Positions 1 to 8,834 of a DNA stretch of 32,000 nt are shown one piece after another. Source of the DNA: Haloferax volcanii DS2 (GTDB taxonomy: Archaea > Halobacteriota > Halobacteria > Halobacteriales > Haloferacaceae); the NCBI RefSeq assembly GCF_000025685.1, contig NC_013967.1:1860001-1892000 (forward strand), read 5' to 3'. Numbering within the stretch: position 1 is the first letter of the stretch; every line of letters begins with the position of its first letter. A program made the translations under genes and the position numbers. The notes beneath the pieces were generated by a model that saw only the letters and a program-made list of their open reading frames with translations, was not told where the DNA came from and did no database searches.

Positions 1-14
1 CATCGGCAAACTGC

Positions 15-512
15 ATGACTTGTCCGCGGTGTTCACAGCCACTCTCGACGCTCTCGTTCGACGGTCGCGCGGCGCGCTACTGCGAGCGCTGCGGCTTCGT
101 CGGCGTCGAGACCGTCCACGAGCGCGACGCGCCGAGCCGAGAGTCGTGGGACGACGCCATCGCTCGCTTCCACGAGCGGGCGCTCCGCGAGGCGCGCGAG
201 CGGGACGACGGCGCGGGCGGTACCGGCGGAGCCGACAGCGGCGAGGCAACCGACGGCGACACCGCGGTCGAAGCCGAGCGCAACGGAGCCGGCGCGGAGG
301 ACGATGAGACGCACCCGGCGGACGATGCGACCGACGCGGCGGACGACGCCGAAGCCGAACACGGGGGCGGCGACACGACTGAAGACGTGGCTGCTGCCGG
401 TGACGACGAGGGCGACGACGAAGCAACCGACCGCGAGCCCAGTGACTCGCAACTGAAAAACGGGGAGGACGGCGACCGCGGGGACCGCGCTGACCGCGCG
501 GGCGACGAGTGA
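15..512 (+). CDS. zinc-ribbon protein with long acidic low-complexity tail
   Basis: ATG ORF. The N-terminus has two CxxC pairs (CPRC ... CERC) typical of a zinc ribbon. The remaining ~100 aa are D/E/A/G-rich. No family recognised. Confidence 0.55.
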   Translation: MTCPRCSQPLSTLSFDGRAARYCERCGFVGVETVHERDAPSRESWDDAIARFHERALREARERDDGAGGTGGADSGEATDGDTAVEAERNGAGAEDDETHPADDATDAADDAEAEHGGGDTTEDVAAAGDDEGDDEATDREPSDSQLKNGEDGDRGDRADRAGDE

Positions 513-593
513 CGCGCGCTCGCGCGTCGCCGGCGGCGCGTCGACCTCGGTCGTGACGTACTGTCCGGCCGGTGTGTCAGCTCGGACCGGCGC

Positions 594-1631
594 TCAGTTC
601 GATTCCGGCGCGGCTTCGGCTTCCGGTTCGGGGTCGGAGGCGCCCCCGTCGGATTCCTCTTCGGAGCGGGCGGCGACGAGCGACCCGCGGGCGACGCTGT
701 ACAGGGGGCGGTCGATGCTCCGGACCTCGTTGACCGAGAACGGAATCGTCGAGTCTTCGAGGTGGTGTTCGAACAGCTCCTCGAAGCCCTCGGGGCTGGA
801 GGTGCCCCCGGTGACGACGACGGGCACGTCGAGGCCCTCCTCGATGTCTTCCTCGTCGACCTCGCGTTCGATGTTCTCGATGACGTAGTCGAGGAGGTTC
901 TCGTAGTAAATCGACAGCGCGCCCTCGACGCCGCCGACGTCCGTGCGGAAGTCGAGCTGGAAGTCGTCTTCCTTGATGGACGTGACCTTGTCGACGGCCG
1001 TCCCGGTGGCCTGGGCGGTCTGCTGGTCTATCCAGTCGCCGCCGCGGGCGATGGAGAACTGCATGACCGGCACCGCGTAGTACGCCAGGCAGATGTTCGT
1101 CATCCCCGCGCCGAACGAGACGCCGAGGCCGGTGAAGTTGTTGTCGGCGAGTTCGCTGTAAATGACCGCCATCCCCTCGTTGATGGGTTCGGGGTCGTAG
1201 CCCATGTCGCCGAGCATCGATTCGAGCGTCTTGTCGTGATACAGCGTCGAGAGGTCGGAGTCGATGGGGTCCGCCGGACTCGAATAAAACAGGCGCTCGT
1301 TCGGCCGGGAGGGCGAGCCGACGACCTGCTCGATGATGAGCTTAATCATCGGAATCGCGGAGGACTCCTCGCTGGAGAGGATGCCGTGTTGCATCGGCCG
1401 TCGCGTCTCCTTGCCGAAGATGTTCGCGAAGTTGAGCGCGTCGTCGCCGACGACGTACACCTTGTCGTCCTTGCGGATGTGGAGCACGTCGCTTCGCGAG
1501 AGCATCTGCTCCGCCATGTCGCTGTAATCGATTTCGACGAACGAGTTGCGCTGCTGGACAAATACGGTCTCACTCCCATCCTGACTCGCGGACAGGATGT
1601 TCATGGTTCCTACGTCAAGGCCTTTCGCCAT
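594..1631 (-). CDS. actin-fold ATPase (ParM/MreB-like; haloarchaeal salactin/volactin-type cytoskeletal protein)
   Basis: 345 aa. N-terminal phosphate-1-like [11 protein letters not shown], internal [10 protein letters not shown] (phosphate 2) and [13 protein letters not shown] (adenosine motif) fit the actin/Hsp70 fold. Acidic C-terminal tail. TATA-like ATTTAT about 30 nt upstream. Confidence 0.8.
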
Positions 1632-1769
1632 ACCTCACGCGTCGTAGGGCTGTCGCATAAATCTGTATGCGCGTTTGCGATTCGGTTCGGCCGGGACCGA
1701 CGCCGAACCACCGTCGCGTCACTCCCTGACCGACGCCGCGTCAGTCCCCGCCCGCCGGCCCGCGACGCC

Positions 1770-2669
1770 TCAGGAGAACAGCCCGCGAATCCGGTCGACC
1801 AGTCCCTCGGCGTCCTCGCGTTCGGCCTCCGCCTGCTGTTGTTTCCGTAACTCGGCCAGCGCGGCGGTCTGGTCGTCCGTGCTGTCACCGACCGCCGTGT
1901 CCTTCTTCCCGCCGCGAAGTCCCTGGAGCCCCGCGACCGCGTCGTCGACGCCGCCGCCGCGCGTCTCGGTCGCTTTCGCGTTCTCGAAGCTCGCGCGGTC
2001 CGCGTCGTCGACGGCGGAGGTGTCGAGCTTCAGGCGGGTGGTCTCGGTCTTGCGGACGCCGCCCCACGACAGTTCGGTGTTCGACAGCGCCTCGTCCATG
2101 TCGCGGCGAACCTGCGCGGAGACGGCCTCCTCGTCTTCCTCGTCGGTCGCGTCGGCTTCTGCGTCGCTCCCGGCCGCGGCGGCGGCGCTCGTCCTCGCGC
2201 GGGCGAGTTGGAAGCCGACGAGCGACGTGCCGCTCGCGGCGACGACCGCCACCGCACCGAGCGAGTAGATGCCGACGATGCGGCCGCTCCGGTCGGCGTT
2301 CGCGGCGACGTTCCAGTTGTGGGGATACGCGCCGACGAACTGGACGACTGCGACCGCACAGACGAGCAGCCCCGCGCCCGCGAGGAGCTTCGGAAACCGG
2401 TACTGCGAGGGAAGCAAGACAACGACCGAGGCGAGGAGGAGGGGAATCCCGAGCGCACCGGTGACGCCCGCGACCTCGCGGAGTTCGTACTTGAAGATGT
2501 TCTCGGGCGGGATGCCGCCGCTCCACACGACCGCCGCGAGCGCGACGGCGAGCAGTCCGATAGCCGTAAAGAACAGTGCGAAGCCCGCGTAGACGGTCGT
2601 CTCGTCGGGGTCGGCGTCGACGTACCGTCGGTAGAGGGCGATGAGGGTGTTCTGCCCGTCACTCGACAT
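1770..2669 (-). CDS. polytopic membrane protein with long charged cytoplasmic C-terminal region
   Basis: 299 aa. About 4 hydrophobic helices in the first 150 aa, then an acidic/Ala-rich region ending in a coiled-coil-like LRKQQQAEAEREDAEGLVDRIRGLFS. High GC3. TATA-like CATTATATG upstream of the ATG. Confidence 0.7.
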   Translation of the reverse strand: MSSDGQNTLIALYRRYVDADPDETTVYAGFALFFTAIGLLAVALAAVVWSGGIPPENIFKYELREVAGVTGALGIPLLLASVVVLLPSQYRFPKLLAGAGLLVCAVAVVQFVGAYPHNWNVAANADRSGRIVGIYSLGAVAVVAASGTSLVGFQLARARTSAAAAAGSDAEADATDEEDEEAVSAQVRRDMDEALSNTELSWGGVRKTETTRLKLDTSAVDDADRASFENAKATETRGGGVDDAVAGLQGLRGGKKDTAVGDSTDDQTAALAELRKQQQAEAEREDAEGLVDRIRGLFS

Positions 2670-2776
2670 ACCTCAGACCATTCCCCCGCGCGACATATAA
2701 TGTTCGCCGGACTCGGGTCGAACCGCGGCCGGGCGTTCGACTCGACTCGACTCGACTCGCCCCGACCCGACTCACG

Positions 2777-4156
2777 TCACGAGCCGCCGGCGGGCTCGAC
2801 GGAGATGTCGTAGGCCGCGACCGTGTCGCCGAGGGCCGCCTCGGTGAGCGAGGGGTCCGCGTCGAACCGGGCGCTCGTGAATCGGGCGGGACCGTGGACG
2901 ACGGTGTCACCGAAGGCCGCGGCGTCGGTCACGTGCGTGTACGCGAAATCCAGTCGCCCCTCGATTTCGACGCCGAACGTGAGCGTCCCGACGGTGCAGT
3001 CGGAGAAGTCGACGTCGCGTCCGACGCGGACGCCGGAGCAGAATAGCTCGTCACCGAAGCGCGCGTGGTCGCAGATGACGCTCCCGTCGACCGTGGTTTC
3101 GACCAGTCGCACGGGCGAGTCGGCCGAACAGACCGCGTCGGAGAGGTCGAACTCCCCGTCGACGGCCGCGCGGACGAACGACGCCGGTCCCGACCCGAAC
3201 CGGGCGTTCCGGAAGCGGAGCGCCCGACCTTCGACGGTCGCGTTGTCGAAGTATACCGGCCCGTCGAACGCGCTGTGCGTGAAGTCGACGGGGCCGTCGC
3301 GGGCGGTCAGCCCCGCGCAGTCGACCCGGCCGCCGAAGGCGGCGGTCGTCGCGTCGATACCGCCGCCAACCGTGAGCCGAGTCGCGTTGAGTTCGCCGTC
3401 GACGACCACGTGTTCGAGCGAGAGTCCGCCCTCGACGGTCGCCGACGCGGCCACGACGCCCGCGCGGATGCGGCAGTGCGCCAGCGAGAGCCGGTGGTCG
3501 AACGCGGCGTTTCCGAGGTCGAGGCGGCCGCCCAGTCGGGTGTGGGAGAACCACGCCGGCCCGCCGAACCTCGATTTCGCGAGCGACACGTCGTCGTCGA
3601 CGACGCCTTTCCTGAACGTCGCTCCGCCCTCGAAGCGCGCCTCGGTCGCCACGACGGACCCCGCACCGAAGCCGGTCGCGTCGAAGCGCTCGCTCAGTTC
3701 GGCCTCGCAGAGCACCCAGCGGTCACCGACTTGCAGGTGGCGACAGCTGACCGCTCCGGTGGCGTCGAAGCGCTGCATGCACACCGCACCGCCGACCGAG
3801 ACGCGGTCGAGTCGGAGCGCGCCGTCGAGCGTCGCATCCCGGAGGTCGATATCCGATTTCACCATCGCGCCGCGGAAGTCCAGCCGCGCGTCGGGCGGGA
3901 GCGTCACCCCCGCGAGGCCGATGCGTTCGAACGTCGCGCCGACGAACGCCGAGGGTCGCCCGTCGTCGGTGACCGCCTCGCGGAGCGCCTCGGTGACGGC
4001 CGCGGGTCGCGTTTCTTCGACGGGGCGGTGGAACAGACAGCGGGCGGAGCCGTCGCTCGCGGGATGCGGACACCGCCACACCGACGACGACTCGTCGGCA
4101 CCCGTCTCGTCGGCGGCGTCGAAGACGTGCTCGTAGGCACAGCGACCGTGTTCCAC
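2777..4156 (-). CDS. pentapeptide-repeat protein with Cys/His-rich N-terminus
   Basis: 459 aa. A long run of A(D/N)LxG-type five-residue periodicity (e.g. ATFERIGLAGVTLPPDARLDFRGAMVKSDIDLRDATLDGALRLDRVSV). The N-terminus carries C..H...C.H......C..H. Confidence 0.75.
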   Translation of the reverse strand: MEHGRCAYEHVFDAADETGADESSSVWRCPHPASDGSARCLFHRPVEETRPAAVTEALREAVTDDGRPSAFVGATFERIGLAGVTLPPDARLDFRGAMVKSDIDLRDATLDGALRLDRVSVGGAVCMQRFDATGAVSCRHLQVGDRWVLCEAELSERFDATGFGAGSVVATEARFEGGATFRKGVVDDDVSLAKSRFGGPAWFSHTRLGGRLDLGNAAFDHRLSLAHCRIRAGVVAASATVEGGLSLEHVVVDGELNATRLTVGGGIDATTAAFGGRVDCAGLTARDGPVDFTHSAFDGPVYFDNATVEGRALRFRNARFGSGPASFVRAAVDGEFDLSDAVCSADSPVRLVETTVDGSVICDHARFGDELFCSGVRVGRDVDFSDCTVGTLTFGVEIEGRLDFAYTHVTDAAAFGDTVVHGPARFTSARFDADPSLTEAALGDTVAAYDISVEPAGGS

Positions 4157-4255
4157 GTCACCTGACCGTTCATCGCCTTAATATAAATAGGTTGTCACTA
4201 AATCGGATGTCGTCGTCGTTCTCCCCACTCCTCCCGTCGCGTCGCGTCGCTCGAA

Positions 4256-4615
4256 TCAGTCTCCGGCGAGCGGTGCGCCGACTTCGGCGTCTCCGACGAC
4301 GGCCGAAAACGTCGCCGCGAACTCGAAGTCGCGGGCAGGAAGCGTGACCAGTCGAACCGTCTCGCCGGTGCTGTCGTGGAAGCCGACGATGGTCCGCTCC
4401 GGTTCGAGTTCGACGGAACAGTCGGCGAAGACGGGGCGGTTGAGCTGTATCGTCCGTACCTCCCGGACCTCCTCGGGGTTCGCCTGCTCGCCGTCGTGTC
4501 GAATCTGGACGAGTCGCGTCTCGGTCAGGAGCACCGTCATCTCCTCGTAGTGCCTCACCGACCGGAGCGTCTCGCGCTCGCCGACGAACTGATGAATCGA
4601 CTCGTAGAGACTCAT
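4256..4615 (-). CDS. hypothetical protein
   Basis: 119 aa ATG ORF with acidic composition and high GC3. No motif recognised. Confidence 0.55.
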   Translation of the reverse strand: MSLYESIHQFVGERETLRSVRHYEEMTVLLTETRLVQIRHDGEQANPEEVREVRTIQLNRPVFADCSVELEPERTIVGFHDSTGETVRLVTLPARDFEFAATFSAVVGDAEVGAPLAGD

Positions 4616-4684
4616 ACGCCGCCTACTCGGTCCACTCGTATCAACGTATCTACAACAGTTTTCCGCGACCGCCTCGCGGCGTCC

Positions 4685-4712
4685 CCGCGGGCTGCGTGCT
4701 CACAGCCCGCGG
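4685..4712. other. perfect 10-bp GC-rich hairpin (CCGCGGGCTG-8 nt-CAGCCCGCGG)
   Basis: The arms are exact reverse complements. Intergenic, about 70 nt upstream of the 4615 start and about 175 nt downstream of the PRC-barrel stop. Confidence 0.4.
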
Positions 4713-4885
4713 TCGAATCGCCGGACCATCGGCCGCCCGTCAGAGGCAACCGGGCGGGACGGATAGGCGTGATTGGGCAATCGTGCTGTCCACATCCTGA
4801 CTCATCGACTGCCCGCCGTACAGTCGTCGTTCGGAGTATATCAACGTTGTCCGACGGAGCGGCCAGTCGAGCGAAGTCGCCGCGG

Positions 4886-5158
4886 TCAGTCGGCGGCTTC
4901 GAGCGCCGGGTCACCCGTCAGGACGACGATGTCGGCCATCCCCCGTATCCACTTGAACGGCACTCGGACGCCGCGCGGGCCGACTTCCAACCCCTCCGGG
5001 GGGTCTTCGACGGAGACGAGAAGCGCGGTCACGCGGTCGGCGTCGAGGTCGACACAGAGGTCGACGGCCTCGCCCAATCGCTCGCCCGAGGCGGTGTACA
5101 CGGGGCGGCCTTCGATACTCGGAATCGGTTCGATGCCCGTCGGTGACTGGGGGACCAT
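4886..5158 (-). CDS. PRC-barrel domain protein
   Basis: IEGRPVYTASGERLGEAVDLCVDLDADRVTALLVSVED...VRVPFKWIRGMADIVVLTGD fits the PRC-barrel pattern. Start moved to the internal ATG at 5158, preceded by GGAGGT and an A/T-rich TATA-like box at 5171-5185. The track ORF extends to 5281 across that promoter. Confidence 0.7.
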   Translation of the reverse strand: MVPQSPTGIEPIPSIEGRPVYTASGERLGEAVDLCVDLDADRVTALLVSVEDPPEGLEVGPRGVRVPFKWIRGMADIVVLTGDPALEAAD

Positions 5159-5350
5159 ACCTCCGGTATCGGACGTGTCAATAAAAAATACCTCGGTCGG
5201 CGCAGGCCGTGTCGGCTCCGCGGTTGCGACGCCTGCGGTGCGCTCGGTCCGGACGCGGTTTCCAGTTTCGGCGTGCGCCACCGTGACTGAAACGTCGTTT
5301 TAGGCGCTCGTGGCGGCGTGAACGGCGAATATCCACAATTTCCGATACGT

Positions 5351-5379
5351 ATTTAGGCTCACCTAACAGATAGCTATCT
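5351..5379. promoter_or_regulatory. two adjacent palindromes: TTTAGGCTCACCTAA and AGATAGCTATCT
   Basis: TTAGG-N4-CCTAA inverted repeat at 5352-5366, followed by the perfect 12-bp palindrome AGATAGCTATCT at 5368-5379. Closely resembles the site upstream of the binding-protein gene at 24328-24356. Confidence 0.35.
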
Positions 5380-5494
5380 GGTCAGGATAGCTGGGCCTCG
5401 GTGTTCCTTCCGTAGACCCACCACCACTACCGGGGCCTCTGGCCACATTCTGGTCTCCGAAGTCGCCGGCGAGCGCGCTTTTTTCCGGCAGCTG

Positions 5495-5797
5495 TTGGCC
5501 GTTGCGGCGGCCGTCAGCGGTGCCGTCATCCGCTCGGGATTCGTCGCTCTCGACTTCGTGCTCGACGCGGTCACCGTCTGGGGTTATCCGGCCGCGGTCG
5601 GCGTGATGGTCGTCTGCGCGGTCGTCAGTTGGCCGACCGACCTCCCCGGTATCCTGTCGAGCGAGTTCGGAGGCAGCGGCGGCGAACCGCCCGGAGCCGA
5701 CCTCGGAAACGCGACTCGCCTCCGTCCGACTGCGCTGCGGTCAGTCGTCGTCTCGCTTCTCGTCGGTCGTAATCATCGACTCGCGGATGTCCTGTAA
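5495..5797 (+). CDS. possible small hydrophobic protein (weak call)
   Basis: High-GC3 hydrophobic ORF (AVAAAVSGAVIRSGFVALDFVLDAVTVWGYPAAVGVMVVCAVV). It has only a TTG start and overlaps the convergent DUF502 gene by 57 nt. Confidence 0.25.
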   Translation: MAVAAAVSGAVIRSGFVALDFVLDAVTVWGYPAAVGVMVVCAVVSWPTDLPGILSSEFGGSGGEPPGADLGNATRLRPTALRSVVVSLLVGRNHRLADVL

Positions 5798-6544
5798 CCG
5801 TTCGGTGCCGCGGAGTTCGGACATGTTCACGCCGAGGGCGTCCTCGTCCTCGTCGGTGGCGACGCCGCTCGTGAGGATGCTCCGGATGCCCTCCTCGACG
5901 GTCATGTCGATGTCGTACACGTCGTCGGCGGGGATGTAGGTGAGCAAGCCGCCGGTGACGGGGTTCGGTGCGAGCGGGAGGAACATCGAGACCATCTCCT
6001 TGTGGCCGGTCGACTGTTCGATGGTCGCTGGCGACCCCCCCGTCTGGAAGCCCAGCACGTACACGTCGTCGTCGAAACACTGGACGAGTTTCACGTCCTG
6101 GAACTCGTCGGCCCCCTCGTCGAGGACCACGTCGCCCATGCGGCGGAAGCTCTTGTACACCGTGCCGACGCCCGGAATCGACGAGACCACGAGGTCGAAC
6201 ACGCCGATTATCTTCTCGCCGTACTGGTTGCGACCGACGGTTCCCACGACTGCGACGATTGCGAAGAGGACCAACAGCGCGACCAACTCGGTGAAGAAGT
6301 CGACGACGAACGAGTAGACGCCGAGGTCGATGAGGAGGCTGATGAACTCGACGCTCTCGAAGCGGCTGATGACGCCCGCCCAGCGCAGGAGTTCGATGAA
6401 CGGTTCGAGGGCGTTTCTGACGAAGTCGATGCCGACGCGCAGGACGTACAGCGTGATGACGATGGGAATCATAATCGCCACGCCCGTCAGCAGGGTGTTG
6501 TACGCCCGTTCGTACAGCGACTGACCGGTTTCCTTAGCGCTCAC
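5741..6544 (-). CDS. DUF502 family membrane protein
   Basis: TM-rich N-terminal half and a conserved-looking LAPNPVTGGLLTYIP motif. Start set at GTG 6544 (VSAKETGQSLYERAYN...). The upstream extension to 6724 is R/S/P-rich and non-coding-like. Confidence 0.75.
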   Translation of the reverse strand: MSAKETGQSLYERAYNTLLTGVAIMIPIVITLYVLRVGIDFVRNALEPFIELLRWAGVISRFESVEFISLLIDLGVYSFVVDFFTELVALLVLFAIVAVVGTVGRNQYGEKIIGVFDLVVSSIPGVGTVYKSFRRMGDVVLDEGADEFQDVKLVQCFDDDVYVLGFQTGGSPATIEQSTGHKEMVSMFLPLAPNPVTGGLLTYIPADDVYDIDMTVEEGIRSILTSGVATDEDEDALGVNMSELRGTERLQDIRESMITTDEKRDDD

Positions 6545-6806
6545 GGCGAGTGTACCCGGCGAGCGCGGAGGGTCTGCGGAAGACACGCCCGGAGATTCCC
6601 GTGGGCGGTAAAAATAGTACTGGCAGTCGAACCGTCTGTGTTTCAGGCGCGTGCCGGCGCTGACGCTCTGCGAGCGTCCGGCGGGAAGCGAGTCCGGCGA
6701 GCGCGACGAAAACGGGGACCACAAGCGGGCCGAGAAGATGCGGGTACGGTAACCGTGAGCGACGACGGAAGGCGAGACGGCGGCCCGTGCCGTCCCGAAC
6801 GCGGGG

Positions 6807-7007
6807 TCAGGAGACGACTTCGAACCGTCCGACCGAGAGGTCGACCGCGAGCTGTTCGCGCGGGTAGACGAACTCCTCGTCGTCGTACATCGTCCGGACG
6901 GTCTCGTCTTCGATCTCCACCACCGTCTGTTCCGTACACAGCGTCGAATGCCGGATGGTCGACCCCTCCGTGATTACGTGCGGGGCGACCTCGAGTGTTT
7001 GCGTCAT
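6807..7007 (-). CDS. small acidic hypothetical protein
   Basis: 66-codon ORF from ATG 7007 (MTQTLEVAPHVITEG...). TATA-like AATTATACTATT lies about 30-40 nt upstream. The extension to 7250 crosses an AT-rich promoter region. Confidence 0.5.
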   Translation of the reverse strand: MTQTLEVAPHVITEGSTIRHSTLCTEQTVVEIEDETVRTMYDDEEFVYPREQLAVDLSVGRFEVVS

Positions 7008-7277
7008 CGTTTCACTAACGGGCGGTGAATAGTATAATTCTTTCGCAACTCCGGAATCTAGTATCCAAATGTGACTATATAGTGGTATTGTCAGGTGGAT
7101 TGTGCACTTTCTGTTGCGGTCGCCTTCACACCGATACGAGTCACTCTGACGGACTCGTAGTCGGACGATGACGGCAGTCGGGAGCGTCAGACGCGCCGCT
7201 ATCGGGAGCGTCACCACTCGCGGACGGGACTCGCATGACTCGACTCGCACCGCGCCTCGGCGGTTCTCCCCGGCGCG

Positions 7278-7883
7278 CTACTCGCCGTCGAACGGGTCGC
7301 GCTCGGGGAGTTCGTCGTCGAGGACGGCCGCCACGGCGTCGACGAACGGCTCGTGGGCCGACAGCGCCTCGCGGAGCGCCTCGTAGTAGGCGACGGTGTC
7401 GCCCGCGAGGAACTGCGAGTCGACCCGCCAGAGCGTCCGCCCGGTGCCGAACTCGCCGGTGGGGAGGTCGTCGCGTTCGTCGCGCGCCTCGTCGAGCGCC
7501 GCGACGAGTCGGCCGCGGAGCGCCGCGTACGGCGAGTCGCCCGAGAAGTCGGCGTCGCCGTGGATACCGTCTTCGAGGTGGAGTTCGAGCCGGAACTGCC
7601 CGCGCTGGAGGGCGCGCGGCGTCGGGTAATGCTCGAAGTGGAGGTCGTAGCCGCGGTCGCGGCCGCGGTCCCACGCCGCGGGCGTGACGCGACCCCACGG
7701 CTTGCCAGAGTCGAGGGCGTGCCACGCGTGGGTGCCCCCCGGGGGCGACGCGCGGAGATAGTCGGCCCACTCGTACTGGAGGACCTCACGAGCGAGCTTC
7801 GCTACGGCGTCGCGGGTCGCATCGACCTGTAGCTCGTAGTCGAAATAGAAACTCGTTTCGTCCGCGGTGTCCGGGCCGTTCAT
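7278..7883 (-). CDS. hypothetical protein
   Basis: 201 aa ATG ORF with acidic composition and high GC3. No motif recognised. Confidence 0.65.
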   Translation of the reverse strand: MNGPDTADETSFYFDYELQVDATRDAVAKLAREVLQYEWADYLRASPPGGTHAWHALDSGKPWGRVTPAAWDRGRDRGYDLHFEHYPTPRALQRGQFRLELHLEDGIHGDADFSGDSPYAALRGRLVAALDEARDERDDLPTGEFGTGRTLWRVDSQFLAGDTVAYYEALREALSAHEPFVDAVAAVLDDELPERDPFDGE

Positions 7884-7947
7884 ACCTCCCTGCTAGACGC
7901 CCACACGGATAAAGATTCGACACAGACCCTCGAGGGCCCGTGTTCGT

Positions 7948-8175
7948 TCAGTTCTCGCGCCGTACTCGGCGTCCGACCCCGAACAGGAGCGCCGCGATGG
8001 CGACGTTCGTCGTTCTCGACGTAGCCCCCGTGGCCGTCGCGAAGGCGGCGGTCACGTCCGGCGAGGCGGACGCGTTCGCCGCCGACTGGACGCTCGAATC
8101 GAGCGCGCTCGCGTCCGCCTCAGCCGCGACGCCCGCCGCACCGGTGGGGAGCGTCGCGGCCGTGAGATCTAACAC
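7948..8175 (-). CDS. possible small Ala/Thr-rich protein with C-terminal hydrophobic anchor plus basic tail (weak call)
   Basis: GTG start and high GC3. C-terminus NVAIAALLFGVGRRVRREN resembles a C-terminal membrane anchor or sorting signal. The start is uncertain. Confidence 0.3.
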   Translation of the reverse strand: MLDLTAATLPTGAAGVAAEADASALDSSVQSAANASASPDVTAAFATATGATSRTTNVAIAALLFGVGRRVRREN

Positions 8176-8834
8176 CAGTAAAAACGTTATAGTGTGTCTG
8201 AAAACCGGTCGTGGTGTCGCGTGCGAAAACGGAATTACTTAAATCTGATAATAACTCGGATACATTAGATATAGTAGACTATTCGAAGCGGTAGCCGGGG
8301 ACCAACTGAACCAGATGGTGCAGACGCCGGCGCTCGCCCGAAAGCCCCCAAGAGACGCCCGGCGTCGAGTGTAGGGTGTCGCGCCGTCGGCGGGCGGTCA
8401 ACGATGCTGGGCTTCGTTCTCAGAACCCCGTCACTCCGCCACTTGACCGTGGAGAGCCGCGAAGACGGACGGCGACGTTCCGTGATGGCCTCGGGAACGG
8501 CGGCGAGAGATGGAGGCTCTCGTAGGCCGTATCGGCCACCGCGAACTGTCCGTTCGAGCCGTGTTTCGTGTTGTTCGAGCCGCGTACCGTTCGCATCTCG
8601 TGGGTCCGGGCGGCACGCGGCCGTCTGTCGAACGTACTGGCTGGTCCGGCCGGACGTGTCTCCCGGGCGCGCTCACTGACATCGGTGAGCGCGTTTCCGG
8701 CCGAGTTGCGGCGGACACCACGGCCGAATACGCAGTAAATACACTATTTCAATCATACTTTGAAATCAAAGATGTTCCGTCGTCGCTCCCGGTGGGGCGG
8801 CGTCTCTCGTCGCGCCGATGCTCCTCCGGCCGAG

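Noticed and set aside
4689-4725. tRNA-like T-loop string GGTCGAATC
   Set aside because: The flanking bases do not form a T-stem, and no acceptor, D or anticodon arms can be drawn. No tRNA was called anywhere in the window.
5159-5281. Upstream extension of the PRC-barrel ORF (GTG at 5281)
   Set aside because: The extension crosses an A/T-rich TATA-like box (TATTTTTTATTGACA) and a GGAGGT immediately before the internal ATG. The domain starts after that ATG.
6545-6724. Upstream extension of the DUF502 ORF
   Set aside because: The translation is Ser/Arg/Pro-rich and non-hydrophobic, with no homology-like pattern. The GTG at 6544 gives a normal DUF502 N-terminus.
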